Notes under the pieces: generated by a model
What the model was told of the DNA's origin: nothing
The model's database searches: none
The model's input: the letters and a program-made list of their open reading frames with translations, nothing else
Translations under genes and position numbers: made by a program
In this document: positions 33,396 through 48,679 of the stretch, in pieces
Position numbering within the stretch: the stretch's first letter is position 1
How the letters are laid out: every line of letters starts with the position of its first letter
Source of the DNA: the human T2T-CHM13v2.0 reference genome, Homo sapiens
Assembly: GCF_009914755.1 (NCBI RefSeq)
Contig: NC_060947.1
Strand: one strand, 5' to 3'
DNA length: 64,000 nt

Positions 33396-36300
33396 TAAAA
33401 AAACCAAATTAAGTTGATTGTATGTTTTGGATTATACCAGCGGTACTTGTTTGTGCTAGAAAACTCTGGGGGAAAACAGAAAAGGAAAAAAAAAGAAAAA
33501 GAACGTAACACCTCCATTTGGAATACATAAATCTTTAATGTTTTGATTTGACCATGTTTCTTTTTAACTACCCTCCCCTTGTCAGCAAAAATGACAATCA
33601 CTTTCTACCACTTCCCGTATAGGTGGCAAAATAGTGCCTACTTATTCCCTGTGAAATTTCCATGTCTTAATTCACAAACAGAAAAGAAAGAAGAAAGACC
33701 TGAGCAGTGAAAAACATCGCTTCCCTGCTGGGCATTCTGTTGTAAACCTATCCTTAGCAAGGCGGTAGTTCCCAGGCCATGACATCTTGGGAGCAGCTAC
33801 CAAGACAAGCACAAGGACCTGGGGTCAGCAGGTCTGGCTTCCAGCTCCAGTCGTATGAAAGATATGAGCCAGGGCTTTCAAGTCTTCAGTCATTCTCACA
33901 TCCCTTACTAAGCCACAGAGCAACATCACATTTAGCCATATTGAATCAAGTCCTCCTCATACCGAGCATGGCTCTTGCTTCAGAGATGTGAAGGCTGTTA
34001 TCTCTTGTTTCCTCTCTCAGCTAGCTGTTCTGTCAATGGTCTGTCCCCAGGGCCCTTCAAAAGGAACTCTGGCCAAGGGTCCCTGAGGGAGAGAAAGATG
34101 CCAGAGTTTTACAAGGGCTGCCTTTGCCTGTTTGTCCGATGACTACTTGCTTACAGTCTGAACGTGAGTGCTCTCAGGTTGTGGTGTTTATGAGAAAGCA
34201 GGGGCCAGCCCCTGACCTGGCCAGAGACTGTAGTTTCTACAGTAGTGCCAGTACATTCCTGGGTTCTGGGAAACTTTACTGAGCTAGGCCCAGATTGCTC
34301 CCTAAGAGAAACCTCCCAAGGGTCAGAGGAAAGAGGAAAAGGCTCATTGATTTAACAGAGGACAGAGTGACTGATAGAGAAAACCATTAAACATTTCAAT
34401 TGGCTTTTCCTTGAATTTTAGAAAGGGACTTATTTGTTTTCCCACTGGAAAATGGGATATTATTTAAATATGGGATGAAAATTACATTGGAAGGACTGGA
34501 CTTAAATGGCCAGAAGTCCTTCATTGATCCAAGCAATAATCCTGTTTTGCCAGAATTCTCTCAATAGTGAAATATGTAAGCAGCAGTGAAGTAATTACAC
34601 CAATCTTCCTCCTTAAACACGATGGGACTCCAAAAACATATAAGTGATGTCCTTTGAATTGTCACCCACCACAGGAGGCCACATAATCACTCCCTAATGT
34701 TTTCATTGCTCTAAAACCCAGGAATTTCCATCTGTAAGTTTATGATTCGTGTGAGATACCCAGGGCCTTTACTATATAGTTGTATTTCATGTACTGTATA
34801 TACTTTTATCATTAGATGAGTGTCTGCATTTTGGTAGTAAAGGAAAACTACCATTTAAACAAAACAACTTCTACTGGTTTTATTGTGTCTCTCCAAGACT
34901 ATAATTACATCTGCTTTTTTTCCCAATTGATATAGATCCAGTCATTTTACGTGAAAAGATACTCTTTCTTAGGCTGGGGCTTCACATAGCCTGTTGAAAT
35001 CCTTAGAATTTTTAAACACCTTGTGTGAAAACTTAGTTAAGAATTTCCCTCTCTTACTTTTGGAGCAACAAATATTTGTTGGTGGATACATCTTGGAAAT
35101 CAAAGAGGTTTTTGAACTCTGGTCCGAGGTTCCTTGTAGTCAGAAATTTCTCTTATATTACTGGGAACACCGTAACTGCTAGAAATCAACTTAATCAGCA
35201 GTATGAATCCATTTTGGAAGAAGAAAAAAATGAAAAGAGATGGAGAACATCAAAATGTTAACAGTGGTCATTTATGGATGGTGGTTTTCCAAGTGACTTA
35301 TATTTTCCTCATTATATTTTTGGATTAAAAATTCTTCAACAAACATGTATTGTTTTTATAATTATACAAAACCAATACATCTTATATGATGACAAGGCAA
35401 CCTGTTTATATGAAGCTAGTAAGGCAGTAGATTATAACCTTTCTTGGGCCACACACTCCTTTGAGATTCTGGGAAGCTGTGAACCCTCTCCCCAAAAAGA
35501 TGTACATATAGCACCTTCCATATAATTTTAGTAGTTTCACAGATTCTGTGTAGCCCATCCAAGAATTGACTAAACCCCCAGATTAGGAACTACTTTAGGA
35601 AGTGGATAGAGTGGTACCCCAAAAGGTATTGGCTGCCAAATAAATGTAGCAGGATGCAGAGTTATATACATGTTGTTGGCATCATTGTGGAGGCATCTGA
35701 TTCAGGGCACAGCCCTGACATCGGACTATGCAAATTGATTGGGACACCATTGTTATCGTAAGAGAGAGGAATTTTTCCATTCACGAAGCCTCAAGTGTAC
35801 TGTTCTTCTATAGGCTGAGGCATAGGGAGCTGCCAAGGAGGAAGTCAAAACCTTGAGGGGCAGGCCTGAGAGCCCAGTTGATCCCAGGGCTTGTATCTAT
35901 GTGAATGAAGCCGCCCCACCCCTGGCACCCAGTTGGGATTTTCTCCAGCAGCAGCTGCAAAGGCTGGAAGCCCCTTGGAGAAGCAGCAGAGAAATAAATG
36001 AGAAGGGGATTTGATCCAGGGCTGGGGAGTGGCGGCGGATGGCGGATGTGGTTCAAAATGACAAGGGGTGGTGGGGGAAGAGGTCCCAGTTGAACTGAAA
36101 ATGAAAGCAAGACAGGAACGCACTGTCACATTGAGAGGATAGCATTTTAGCTGGAGAATGTACAGGAGAAGGTGTAGACATAGTTTTGTCTGTGTCAGAC
36201 ACCTTGATAGCAAACACTATAGGTAGAGGCTTCTGGAGGCAGGATTGCTCTTAGTCTAAGGTCTTATGGTAACATTTGCAGGGGATACGGGTTAGCATTA

Positions 36301-36636
36301 CAAAATGGGGATGCTTCAGGAAGGGCGTGGGCGAGTGCTTCTTGCTATTACTTCTTGTAACCAAAGCTAGTCTAGGCTTTTGGGTATGTTCAACACTGCA
36401 TGGCCTTTGGAGCACTTTTATGGGAAGAGGTAAGAAAATGTTCCTGTGGGCACATTTAGCACACAGACTAAATGTGAGCTTCAAGGAAGGGAGGGTGGGT
36501 GGGATAGACAGAGAGAGAGAGGTTGTTTAGGAGGAAGTTTGACAAGGGGAAAGCTATTACCAGCACAAATGGAGTTTTGCTTGAGTCATCGACTTCTTCT
36601 CAGGTTTAATTCAAGTGCGCAACCAATACTGTTTAC

Positions 36637-36944
<308 letters not shown>

Positions 36945-37229
36945 CCCATACTATTTTCTACCTCCCAGCATTTCTTCGTGGGGTGCCTTGTTCTATGAAA
37001 ACTTCATATATGGCATTGTGAATTTACAAAAAGATAAATTAGTGAGTGATGATTCATACTATTAAAAGTGTTCAGTAGCAGAGCTCCTTTGGACAGCTAC
37101 CCTAATGTTTGCCTTTCAGTGTTTTAGAGATTGTGGTCATCTAGGAAAGATTGTAAGAGGCAGAAAATCTTAATTCTGAAGGTTAGGAAAATATTGACCA
37201 TGGATTTGTACTTTGCTCATTTGAAGAGC

Positions 37230-37700
37230 TAGGGACAGAGCAGTGAATAAGACAACGACACTACAATCACAGAACTTTCATTTAAGAGGGTAGAGAGACA
37301 GAAAAGGAAACATCAGGCACTGCACCTTGGCACCTCTGAAATGGGCTGGGATGGCGAAGGAAGCGTAGGAAATAGAATAGCTCTGGGTTTCAGAAGGTGC
37401 ACTGAATAGGAAGAAGTGGTCACCTGTACTTGGGTAGATAAGGCAGCCTCTTGGGGTCTTGAGGTGGGGGGAGTAGACATAACCAGGCAGAGAGGTCAGG
37501 ATCATCAAATATGAGATAACATGACCCATTAGGAGGTCTACCCACCCTGATTGGAGGACATGGGGCTGGAGGCTGAAGATGGAGACCAGATCACAAGGGA
37601 TCTAATAAGCCTTGCTGAACAGTTTGAGCTTTATTCTACAGACTCTGGTGAGCCACTGAAGGGATTGAAACAAAGAAATACTGTGATCCAACATATTTCT
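37230..37700 (-). mobile_element. L2 fragment(s)
   Basis: gagctttattcta...gagccactgaagg antisense L2 motif. Confidence 0.5.
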
Positions 37701-38059
37701 CATCAAAAGTTGGACCATTTTGGATCAAATTAGCCATAGGAAAGGTGTTGGGAACAAATTAAGTACAGATTGGCAGCTGATCTTTTCCAAATGAAATATT
37801 CTGGTTAATCTCTGTCACACAAGGACAATGCAAACATTTTCTCTCTCTTAAAGAAAGGCTTTTCACATAAGCAGAGTCCTCACTTTATTTTCCTCAATAG
37901 TTTTGTATGCAACTCTAATGAGTAGTTTTCCATAATTCAGTGTATTACTCCTGGAAAACATAGACAATAGGACAAATTTTTAGCCTATGCTGTCATTTTA
38001 TGGATTAATTTCCATTAACGTTGACCTTCTGGCTTTCAGTGGATAAATGTGAGTAAAAC

Positions 38060-38560
38060 ATCTGTTCATGTCATTCCCTTGCTTAAAAACCACTTCTGGC
38101 TCCCCATCACCTACACTAGGAAACAGTCTAAACTCATTGACTTGGCATATGTGGTCCTCCATAAACGTTCCTTCCCAGCTCATCTTGGCCATTCCTCCCT
38201 GTTCTGTACACCCCAGAATCAATGAACACATGGCTTTCTTCTTCTTTGCTAAGACTTATGCTCTCTTCCTTGCCTGCCATGGGGATTTTTATTTCATCCT
38301 TCGAGTCTCAGCTCAAAAGCTATTTCCTCTCTGAACTGCCTTCACCAGTGATATGAATCACTCCCTTCCCTGTGTCTGCATGGCACTCTCTGTATCCCCT
38401 ACCCTAGCCCTTACTCCATTGCATCATAGCTCTTGATTTAGGGATCTCTCTCTCCCTCTAGCCCATGAGTTTGTTAAGGGCAGGGCCCACATCTTGCCTG
38501 CTTTTGCCTTCCCAGCTTTGTAGCTCCACTGCCTGACACATGGTTAATGCTCAGTGAATC
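38060..38560 (+). mobile_element. L2 3' fragment
   Basis: cttgcttaaaacc...aagggcagggccc...tgcctgacacatgg..tgctcagtgaat. Confidence 0.65.
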
Positions 38561-38835
38561 TATAGAACTAAGTTCTATGTTTTCTATTTCTGTTTATAAG
38601 ATTCCAGAAGAGCCCTCGGGGAATGACAGAGCAGCAAGCCTCACTTTTGTAGCAGGCTGGTCTGTGAAATATATGGCTATGGTGTAGGAACCTCAAGCAT
38701 TGAAAACTAACCATTGGAATGAAGAGCAACATGATTTCTGTACTGAGAACTCATCTCTTACTAAATATTGGAGATTTTGTTGTTATTGTTGTTGTTGTTT
38801 TGTTTCGTTTTGTTTTTGGATGTATAAGGAAGTGA

Positions 38836-39073
38836 GGTTGGGTGCAGTGGCTCATGCTGGTAATCCCAGCACTTTGGGAGTCAGGCAGGAGGGTTGCTTG
38901 AGGCCAGGAGTTTGAGACCAGTCTGGGCAACATAGGGAGACTTCATCTCTACAAAAATAAAAAAGAAATAGCCAGGTATGGTGGTGGATGACTGTGGTCC
39001 CAGCTACTCAGGAGACTGAGGTGGGAGGATCCCTTAAGCCCAGGAGGTTCGGGGCTGCAGTGAGCCATATACT

Positions 39074-39110
<37 letters not shown>
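38836..39110 (+). mobile_element. AluJ-type, 3'-deleted right arm, A36 tail
   Basis: TSD aggaagtga. Confidence 0.88.
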
Positions 39111-39111
<1 letters not shown>

Positions 39112-39198
39112 AGGAAGTGAAGCTGAGTAATTTTATGTTTTACTTTTCTTGACAGCCTTTGAGATATAATCCTCATTCTATACAGCTTAACCATTTGA

Positions 39199-39519
<321 letters not shown>

Positions 39520-40159
39520 GAAGTGTATATTTTCATTTTTAGTATATTCAAAGATATGTGAAGTCATCGCCACAATTTTAGAACATTTTCATCACTTCAA
39601 GGTTATTTGTTTAAGACAGTCAAAAAACCTTTCATAGAGGTCAACTCTTAAGACTTCTTTTAAATGGTATCTCTGGTGATAGGGGGTTTGTCATAGGGAA
39701 GGGAATTGGCTTAAAGAAGAATATAAAGATTATAGATAGGGGCAGGCTTTTTTGTTTCAGAGGAGGATGTGTAATAAAAAAAAAAAAAGCTGAACACCCA
39801 AGGGATGGTTTAACGGATGCTGGTCTGACTTAACACCCTTTCTAAGGATAGAGAGAGGCTAAGCTATTGGAGCTTTCATACGGTGAGACCCTATAAAGTT
39901 ATAGAACATGGACAGGAAAGTGAGACATGGGTTTCTAGAGAGACAAGAATTGGGAAAATAATTACAACTTATTAATAGGAGAGTATGCTGTAAGCTTAAT
40001 TGAACTTGACTGAAGCTACACGAGAGCAACTGAGGACCAGGATGTGTTAGGGCCAATAGAACGGTAAAATTCAGGGCATGATCAGGAAGGGCTTTTTGGC
40101 AGGCATCTGTAGACACCTGCCTCACCTCACCAAGAAAACCCAGTTGAAGAAGGTGTGCC

Positions 40160-40477
<318 letters not shown>

Positions 40478-40621
40478 TCACGAGTGGGATACAGGATAAA
40501 CGTAAATCACCTCACCATATCCTGAAATGTTATACCACAAGGTGGAGCATCTCCTGACATTTTAAAGATAAAGAGGTAAACTGAAGTCAAAGGAGCTATC
40601 ACTTTATTTACTTTACATAGC

Positions 40622-40952
<331 letters not shown>

Positions 40953-42889
40953 TTACATAGCTTTTAGAATATATTATCTCATGCAGTTGTATAAACTTAA
41001 AATATTGGTGGGCCCAAAAAAGGTAGAGATAATTTCAATTAATGGATAGATTCAATGTGATGGATGGTGGAAAACTAAAATATTTGTAGAAAGGTGTATT
41101 TTTGCCCCTATCAAGGTTGATTTTCAAACTAGAGTCTGTCAGTTTTCTTTACTCCATTATCAAGAGCAAGTTAATGAGATGGGTAGACCGATTGCCAGAT
41201 CCAGTGTGGAAAATGATGTGTGGCTGCTTTATAGATTACTGAGCTTCTCTAATGGAGTAAGTTTATGCTACTGTGTTCAAATGATACAAACAGGACCTCT
41301 AGGAGGTTATGTTTTATTGAATGTAAGTGATTTAGATGGCTAAATCTACATACCTATAGAATGCCTGTGCACTTTACAGTTTTTTCTGCTTAAGAATGCA
41401 AGTTATGTTAGAGTTTTGTTTATAAAACTCAGGAAAAAGTCAGAGATGTCTTTTTGTTGTTGTTGTTGTTACAAGTTTAAGGTGAGCACTAAGATCTGAG
41501 GCAGGTTATAAAATAGTTGATAGGCATAGAATGAGCACAGTCTAATTTCTCCTTGCAGGAATGAATTATTTGCAATAATTTGTGTATGTCTTTGTGAACT
41601 CGTTAAATTCTTTGATTTGTTAGAAAGTCATTATGTATCTCCAAGGCACATTTCTTTTTCTTTCTGTCAATAATGGTGTACTAAAGAATAGAAAAAAAAT
41701 TCTAATTTTAAAAAGGCTCTTTGCCATTCTAGTCTCTCAATTATTCAAGCCCTTCTTTTCATTTCTTAAACCTCTTTTGTGTTACTTTTGAGTCATTTAA
41801 ATGCTTATTAGCACAGAGTGAGCACAAAAAGCCAGGAGGAATTGAATTCAAATCAGCTTTCCTACCTGTCAACAAGTTTGTCGAGTAAAGTTTTGGCTAA
41901 ATTGAGTTTTGGGGTAGAAAGTTCATGAAAATTCTATTTATCCATTTGTAGGTAATCAAGGTTATTTGCATAATATTTGAACTGGCTGTAATGAAAAATG
42001 TTTGTTAATAGAGTGTGCACTAATCATATAGTGCATAGTCTTGTTTGTTTCTTATTGTTTTTAAAGTAAATTCTTTGTAAGTTTTTAAAAGTAGCTCTTG
42101 AGTTTTTGTAAATAGTTAAATAGACTTGGAAAGGGGAAATAATTCGGCAGTTAAAACAATTTCTTCCCTATGCTAAAACTCTAAGGGAAAAAATGGGTTT
42201 TATTTTTCCTTAATGTTTCTATGTTAGATTTAAAGGCCTTCGAAATCATATTGTGCTGATTCTTAGAACATTAAGTTGTTGTTCCTAAATTAAAGCTGGG
42301 AAGTGAAAATTTAATTCTGAAAGCATCAGCAACAACTTGTCCTTCTCTCCTTGTGTGCTGCCATTTTAGCTTGGAAGGCATACGTGTAAGAGCAGTCTCT
42401 TTGTACTATTTAGCTGGTTATCCCTACACAAAAACTTCTGGCTTTGTAGTTCTCAGGGCTCTCTGCTAGGTTGTGTGGAGGATATTGAGGTGAATTAGAC
42501 ATGGTCCCTTGACAATAGCGTACTGTTGTTTTTTTTTGTAATTTGATTCTTAACCACTTGAAATTGAATCTGCCAACTCCTTTCCCCCAAGTAAAAGACC
42601 TAAGGTGCTAATCCCTACTCACTGATGACAAATGCTAAATTGGAAGCAACAGCTTAGGAATGCAAAGATCCTTATCCAATTACATTACAAGCTCTCTAAG
42701 CCAGTCATGTTCAGCATCATCAGGGCGATAGGAAGGCAAGATCTCACTTTGGTAAGAATGATAGCGTAGTTTGAGTAAGTTTTAGAAAATTCTAAAATGC
42801 AAAGTTCATTCAAGGAAATAAAATGTGGTAGGAGCTGAGAAAATGATTTGCTTTTGTTAAGTTCAACGCATAAAGGTTTATGTGGATCA

Positions 42890-43110
42890 TGGTTAAGAGC
42901 ACTGGCTTGGGAGTCCATCAGATAAAGATTTGAATCCCAGCTCCACAAATATGTGACACTGGACCTGCCTAAGCCTCAATTTCCTCATCTGTAAAATGGG
43001 CATAATAAAATAACCTCTCACAGGATTTTGGGGAGAATTAGATGAGATCATAGATATAAAACGCTTAACCGAGTATACAGCAATGCTTAATGTAAGTGGT
43101 AACAGAAAGT
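42890..43110 (+). mobile_element. MIR
   Basis: ggttaagagcactggc...aagcctcaatttcctcatctgtaaaatggg. Confidence 0.82.
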
Positions 43111-43686
43111 ACAAGGCACTGTTTGCTGACCGAACCGGTGTTTTTGATCCTGCCTAGGAGACTAAGTAAACCACCCAAAAAGCAGTTAAGTATCCAGGGA
43201 ATGTTATATATGAGTAAATGCCACAATAGATGGGAAAGACAATAAGGGCTGTTGGGGAGCGAGGAGGGCTATGCTATCATAAGAATCAGGTGAGCTAAGT
43301 GTGGGTTGGTAATAAACATGACCCACTGGTCTCATGGAAAGTATGACTTTTCCCTTAGCCGTTTACTTTAAGAAAGGTCAGTGTCCTGAATGCAGTTTGT
43401 ATTTAGATTCTTATGCCAAGATTTTCCCCAGAAAATAATCTTTATGAAAAGATGTTCATGTCTATTTTGGCAAGTTGGGTTCTGCTAGTTAAAAAGATGC
43501 CCCTCCCGCCCCACCACATCACCATTAGATTGTAGTTATGCAAAGCTCCTTCAGTAATTGGAGTTCCTATTGGGGAAGAGACAAAGAGATGAGCTGCTGA
43601 AAGATGGTCACATTTGGAACAAACAGGCCATGGTCATAACAAAGTCAAATACTCTTTATTTGAACCTTATGAAGAAATTTCTTACA

Positions 43687-43972
43687 GGCTGGACACAGTG
43701 GCTCATGCCAGCACTTTGGGAGGCTTGATGGGTGGATCACTTGACCTCAGGAGTTTGAGACCAGCCTGGGCAACACGGCAAAACCCCGTCTCTATAAAAA
43801 ATACAAAAATTAGCCTGATGTGGTGGCACACATGTGTAGTCCCAGCTACTTGGGAGGCTGAGGTGGGAGGATTGCCTGAGCCCAGGGAGGTTGAGGCTGC
43901 AGTGAGCTGTGATCAAACTACTACACTCCATCCTGGGCGACAGAGTAAGACCTTGTCTCAAAAAAAAAAAAA
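43687..43972 (+). mobile_element. AluJ
   Basis: TSD cttacag. Confidence 0.88.
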
Positions 43973-44369
43973 TCCTTACAGTTATGGTTCCATTATTGAC
44001 ATGCTGTATAGGGTTCCTCTCTAGAAGTCTCTAATCTACAGTGGTGGCATCTCTCACTTCTGTGAATCATAATGCAACTTTTGCTTCTCCTCATATTCAC
44101 ACACCACTCTTGACAGTTACCTAGTCTCTGATCTTACAGGGTTTATGAATAAAACTAGAAGGCAAGATGAAATGATCTGAGACCACATAAATCGATATGA
44201 TGAAATTCTTCTGATTGATCTAATGGGGAATAGAGGGACTCACACATTTTAGTGTGCAAACACACTTGTACAGTTCCTTTTTTGGAAGAAGATATGGCTA
44301 TCAAAGGGCATGATAGATGCACAGAAATTACAATAGTCTGTGATCAGCTCTCACATCTTGGGTTTATCT

Positions 44370-44482
44370 ACCTTCCCCACGAGACTGTGAACTTCTCAAG
44401 GGCAAGGTCTGTTTTTTTATTCACCTCTGCATTACCAGGGGCTAGCACAGGGCCAGAACCTCAGTAGGAACTCAATAAATGC
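44370..44482 (+). mobile_element. L2 3' end
   Basis: gagactgtgaacttctcaagggcaagg...gtaggaactcaataaatg. Confidence 0.7.
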
Positions 44483-45874
44483 ATCTTTATGCTGAACTCA
44501 CTTTGTTTTCTGTGCTGCCGGAAATTGCATGCCCCCAGTGGCCATTTTGAGTGCAAAGTGTTATTTTAAGATGCTCTCTAGAGAAAGCACTCTAGGCTCT
44601 GCTTACAAATGTCTGAGAGGAAAGGAGAGCCGAATGACTAGGGGATCTGGAGAAATTCCTAAGTGAAGGTCGTGGAGAAATGATGGGAAGGAGAGACTCA
44701 CCTCTTTTTGAGTGTGCTACTTCTATCCCAAGACTGTTGTTATTTTTCATAAGAAAATGCTCAGATGTCATTGAGGCTGTAGTCTGACTGCAATACTGCA
44801 AAAAAGCACTTTTGGGCTAATCATTCTCTTTCTGAAACCAGTAGTTGCCATGTTCCTCCTTGTGCTGAAACTCAGTTTGGAGGATGGGGTGGTGGTAGTG
44901 GTGGCGTGGTGGTGCAGGGATGTTTTTGAATTGGCTCTGTGCCCTACTGCTCAGCTTTCTGCCTGCTTTCTGGTATCCCTCCCAGTGTGATAAAGGAGAG
45001 ATTCTATGATGCCAGTGTTCACTTCAGACTTGCAGAAGAGACATTCTTAGAATTCTTAAGGAGAACTAGTTTCTAAAGTAAAAGATTTACCGGTAAACTA
45101 ATGACCTTTGGTATGGTATTTAAGCAGAAGTAACCCAGGCTCATTTTGCATTGCTTACAGATAAATATTATGTGATTATTCTTGTGTCTTACACATTTCT
45201 AATGATAACATAAATATGCCTGCTAGTCAAATGTGCTTTTGGATACATGAGTGGTTGGATGGTTGAATATATACATTCATGTACATTTTTATGTATTTTA
45301 GTATTACAAGCATGGTTTTATATTTATACACATACAGTTACGATGATAAAAGATCAGTCATCCTGTACTGCGAATGTACAGGAACCACCACAAAATTGTA
45401 AAGTCTAAGTGGTGATGCTATTAGTGACCCTCAGTGAGGATCCATTGTTTCCTCTCTTTGGACCAAGAAGTGGACTGCAACTGAATCTATTCTGACGAGT
45501 TTCCTTTTTTGCTATCTGTCCTTTCCACTTATATTAGAAATAAAATTATCTCAATTTATGGAGCTGTGCATTTCTTCCCATTTGTAGAGTTTGCACATAG
45601 AAAGCTCATTGAGATTTGGTCCTTAGTGGCCTGAGTAAGCAACGGAAAAGTGTACTGCATCCCACACCATGGTACCAAAATTGGCATTTTTATTTTACTA
45701 GAGATAGAAAAATGCAATTTATTCTCCTTTATGGGATGATATGAAGCTTTCTTTTTCAATAAATGTTTTCAATGAAGAAGATATTTGATTTGAAGAAAAA
45801 TATGAAGTAAATGATAATACAGATGGTGTGGCAAATATGAGGATTATATGTGAATAAGTTCGGGAAACTAATAG

Positions 45875-46080
45875 AAACAAGGATTAGGAGTTGGGAGACC
45901 TGGGTTTGAATCCTGGTTCAGCTCCTAATGTAGACAGATGAACTTAGGCCTCTGAGCCAGTTTCCTGATGGATAAAGTTGAAATGATGGTATTTTCCTTG
46001 TCTACTTGACAAAGCGTTTGGTAACAAACAGAATGCATATGAAAGTGTTTTCTTAAGACTGCAAAGTGACCTTGAAATGA
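45875..46080 (+). mobile_element. MIR
   Basis: gagacctgggtttgaatcctgg...ctctgagccagtttcct. Confidence 0.65.
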
Positions 46081-46959
46081 ATTAACAAAAAATACTAATA
46101 TTATTAGCAAGTTATTCAAGAAAACTTAGGAGTCAGTGAATGAAAACTTTTAAGAACAAATCATTTTGTTTTGTTTTGTTTTCCCCATGGTGAAAACTGA
46201 GTTGGTTCCAAATTTAGGTTGACGGTTTTCCTGTCACTACTTACGGGAAGAAGACTGAAACATATGCTCACTTCTCTCCAGATTGCATAAATGCCTTCGC
46301 CTTTTACTTAGCACTGCTCCGGAACTGTATGGAAGTTGCTATTATTTGAATGTTTAAGGTACCATTTATTGTAACGGGTTTTTGGAGTTATGAAAAAGCA
46401 CCTTTGCAGGCCAATCAGTGCACACTGGCAGAAAGGATAAATTACAAAGCTGAAAGAAAGACCCTCTTTGAGTGTATTGGAAGCTTTTATGTATAAGTCT
46501 AATAATAGAATGAGAAAGCTGAATGAGAAAGTTAGATAAGGGATATGATGGAGACTGCAGGGCAGAACCACCATTAAATCATGATAATTCTATAGGTCAA
46601 AAGGTTTTCTTTGTCTCTGATGCCTGCAGAGTTATAACTGAATCCTACTAGAAGGGAAATGCAGGGTTCAGTCCCTTCTCATCTTTCTTCTTGGAGAGAT
46701 GAATCCTGATTCACAGGCCTAAATCTTCTATTAGGGGAAGCTTTGTGGGACCCAGAGTAGCCACCCTAACTTTTCCGCAATTGAGCTACCCCTGACAAAA
46801 AAAGTAGGCGTGAAGACCCAGAATGCTTAGTTTAATCAGTTTTAAATGAAAAGTGAAACTTTGTTTTCTATAACATAAATATATGTCCTTCAAAACATGT
46901 GGTAAGCTGTGTTTCATTTTTAGAAGGTATATACTTTTAAATAAATGAGTAATTCAGGA

Positions 46960-47365
46960 ATTGGAGAACATTACGCTAAGTGAAGTATGTCAGGCAAAGA
47001 AAGACAAATACTGCATGATCTCACTTATATGTGAAATCTAAAACAATCAAACTCATAGAAGCAGGGTAGAATGGTGGTTACCAGGGGCTGGGGGCAAAGT
47101 GGGGGAGATGGTAGTCAATGGTGGGATACAAAGTCTCAGTTAAACAGGAAGAATAAGTTTGGTTTTTTTGAGATCAATAGTATAGCATGCTGAATATGCC
47201 TAATAATTGAGTACTGTACATCTTATCACTAAGAATAAATTTCTCATGTTCTCATCACAAGAAATGTTAAATATTTGAGGTGATAGATATAACTAGCTTA
47301 ATTTCATCATTCTACATTGTATTAAAAATCATAACACCACTTTGTACCCCATAAATTAAAAAAAT
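46960..47365 (+). mobile_element. L1MA/MB 3' UTR fragment
   Basis: acattacgctaagtgaa...aaatactgcatgatctcacttatatgtg. Confidence 0.82.
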
Positions 47366-47410
47366 AAGTGATTCATTTTGACATATTCTTTCCATATTAA
47401 TTTGGAGCTA

Positions 47411-47759
<349 letters not shown>

Positions 47760-48679
47760 GCTGAAGGAGGATTTTCTTTTTTTTCTTTTTCAAATATACT
47801 TGAAGTAGGTACTTGTAAAATTATTGTACAGAGAAGTTGACAGATTCAACAGGTTAAAACATTGAAATTTGAGGACTGTTTTTGCAATCTGTACTAGGAA
47901 AATAGTTGGCACCAAAAGCAAGACTTAGATTATTTTTAGTGCCTCAAGCTTGCTTTCTTAGATAGGACTTATTCATTCAACTTCTCTGAGAAATTGATCT
48001 CAGACTGTGAGCGTTAGAGCTGGAAGATGCAGTCAGTTTCCTTTTGAGTCCATGGAAACACGGTAGATATGGCCGAAAGGGGTCAGATTTTTCTGTCAGA
48101 AAATCTGAATTTCTCAAATAGGATTTTTTCCTTTTATTTCAACTCATTTTGCAGTAGTATTTGCAGACATGAGAGGGATGATCAACTTGCTTTGATCTTT
48201 GTAGACATGGGTCTACAAATCCAAATTTAAGACTTGAAATAAAGCATAAAGGTTAGGATCTTTTAGATTTGTTGAACACTGAGCTCATTGGTCAGAGTAG
48301 TTTACTTTAATCTTTCTAAATAATCTTCTACAGGAAACTCTGAGATGCCCTTCCGATATGGAAATTGGGTATAGCTGTGACCTGTTGTGAACCATGTATA
48401 AAAACTATTCTCAACTTTTCTATGGATGTAGTGATACTAGAGACTACCTCAAATACTATGTACAAAAATACAAGTATAATCCCGATGCTATTATAATATT
48501 AAGTCTTAATATAAATTATATTTGGGGTTTTTATACAGTTTTTATTATAAAATTTTAAGGAAATAATTTCATATGAAACATCATCATTAAAAATTACTAC
48601 TGTCTGCCCACCTTGGTTTAGAATAGAGTGTTGAGACATGGCTCTGGTTGAATCTGAATATCTCAAAGTTCATCAGCAA

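Noticed and set aside
33615-33632. CTCF-like ..TAGGTGGCA (and a similar site at ~6872-6888)
   Set aside because: Multiple core mismatches; unsupported without a PWM scan or ChIP data
42016-42035. Small perfect hairpins (tgcacta/tagtgca; also tcctgtac/gtacagga at 45361-45383)
   Set aside because: 7-8 bp stems are expected by chance in 64 kb
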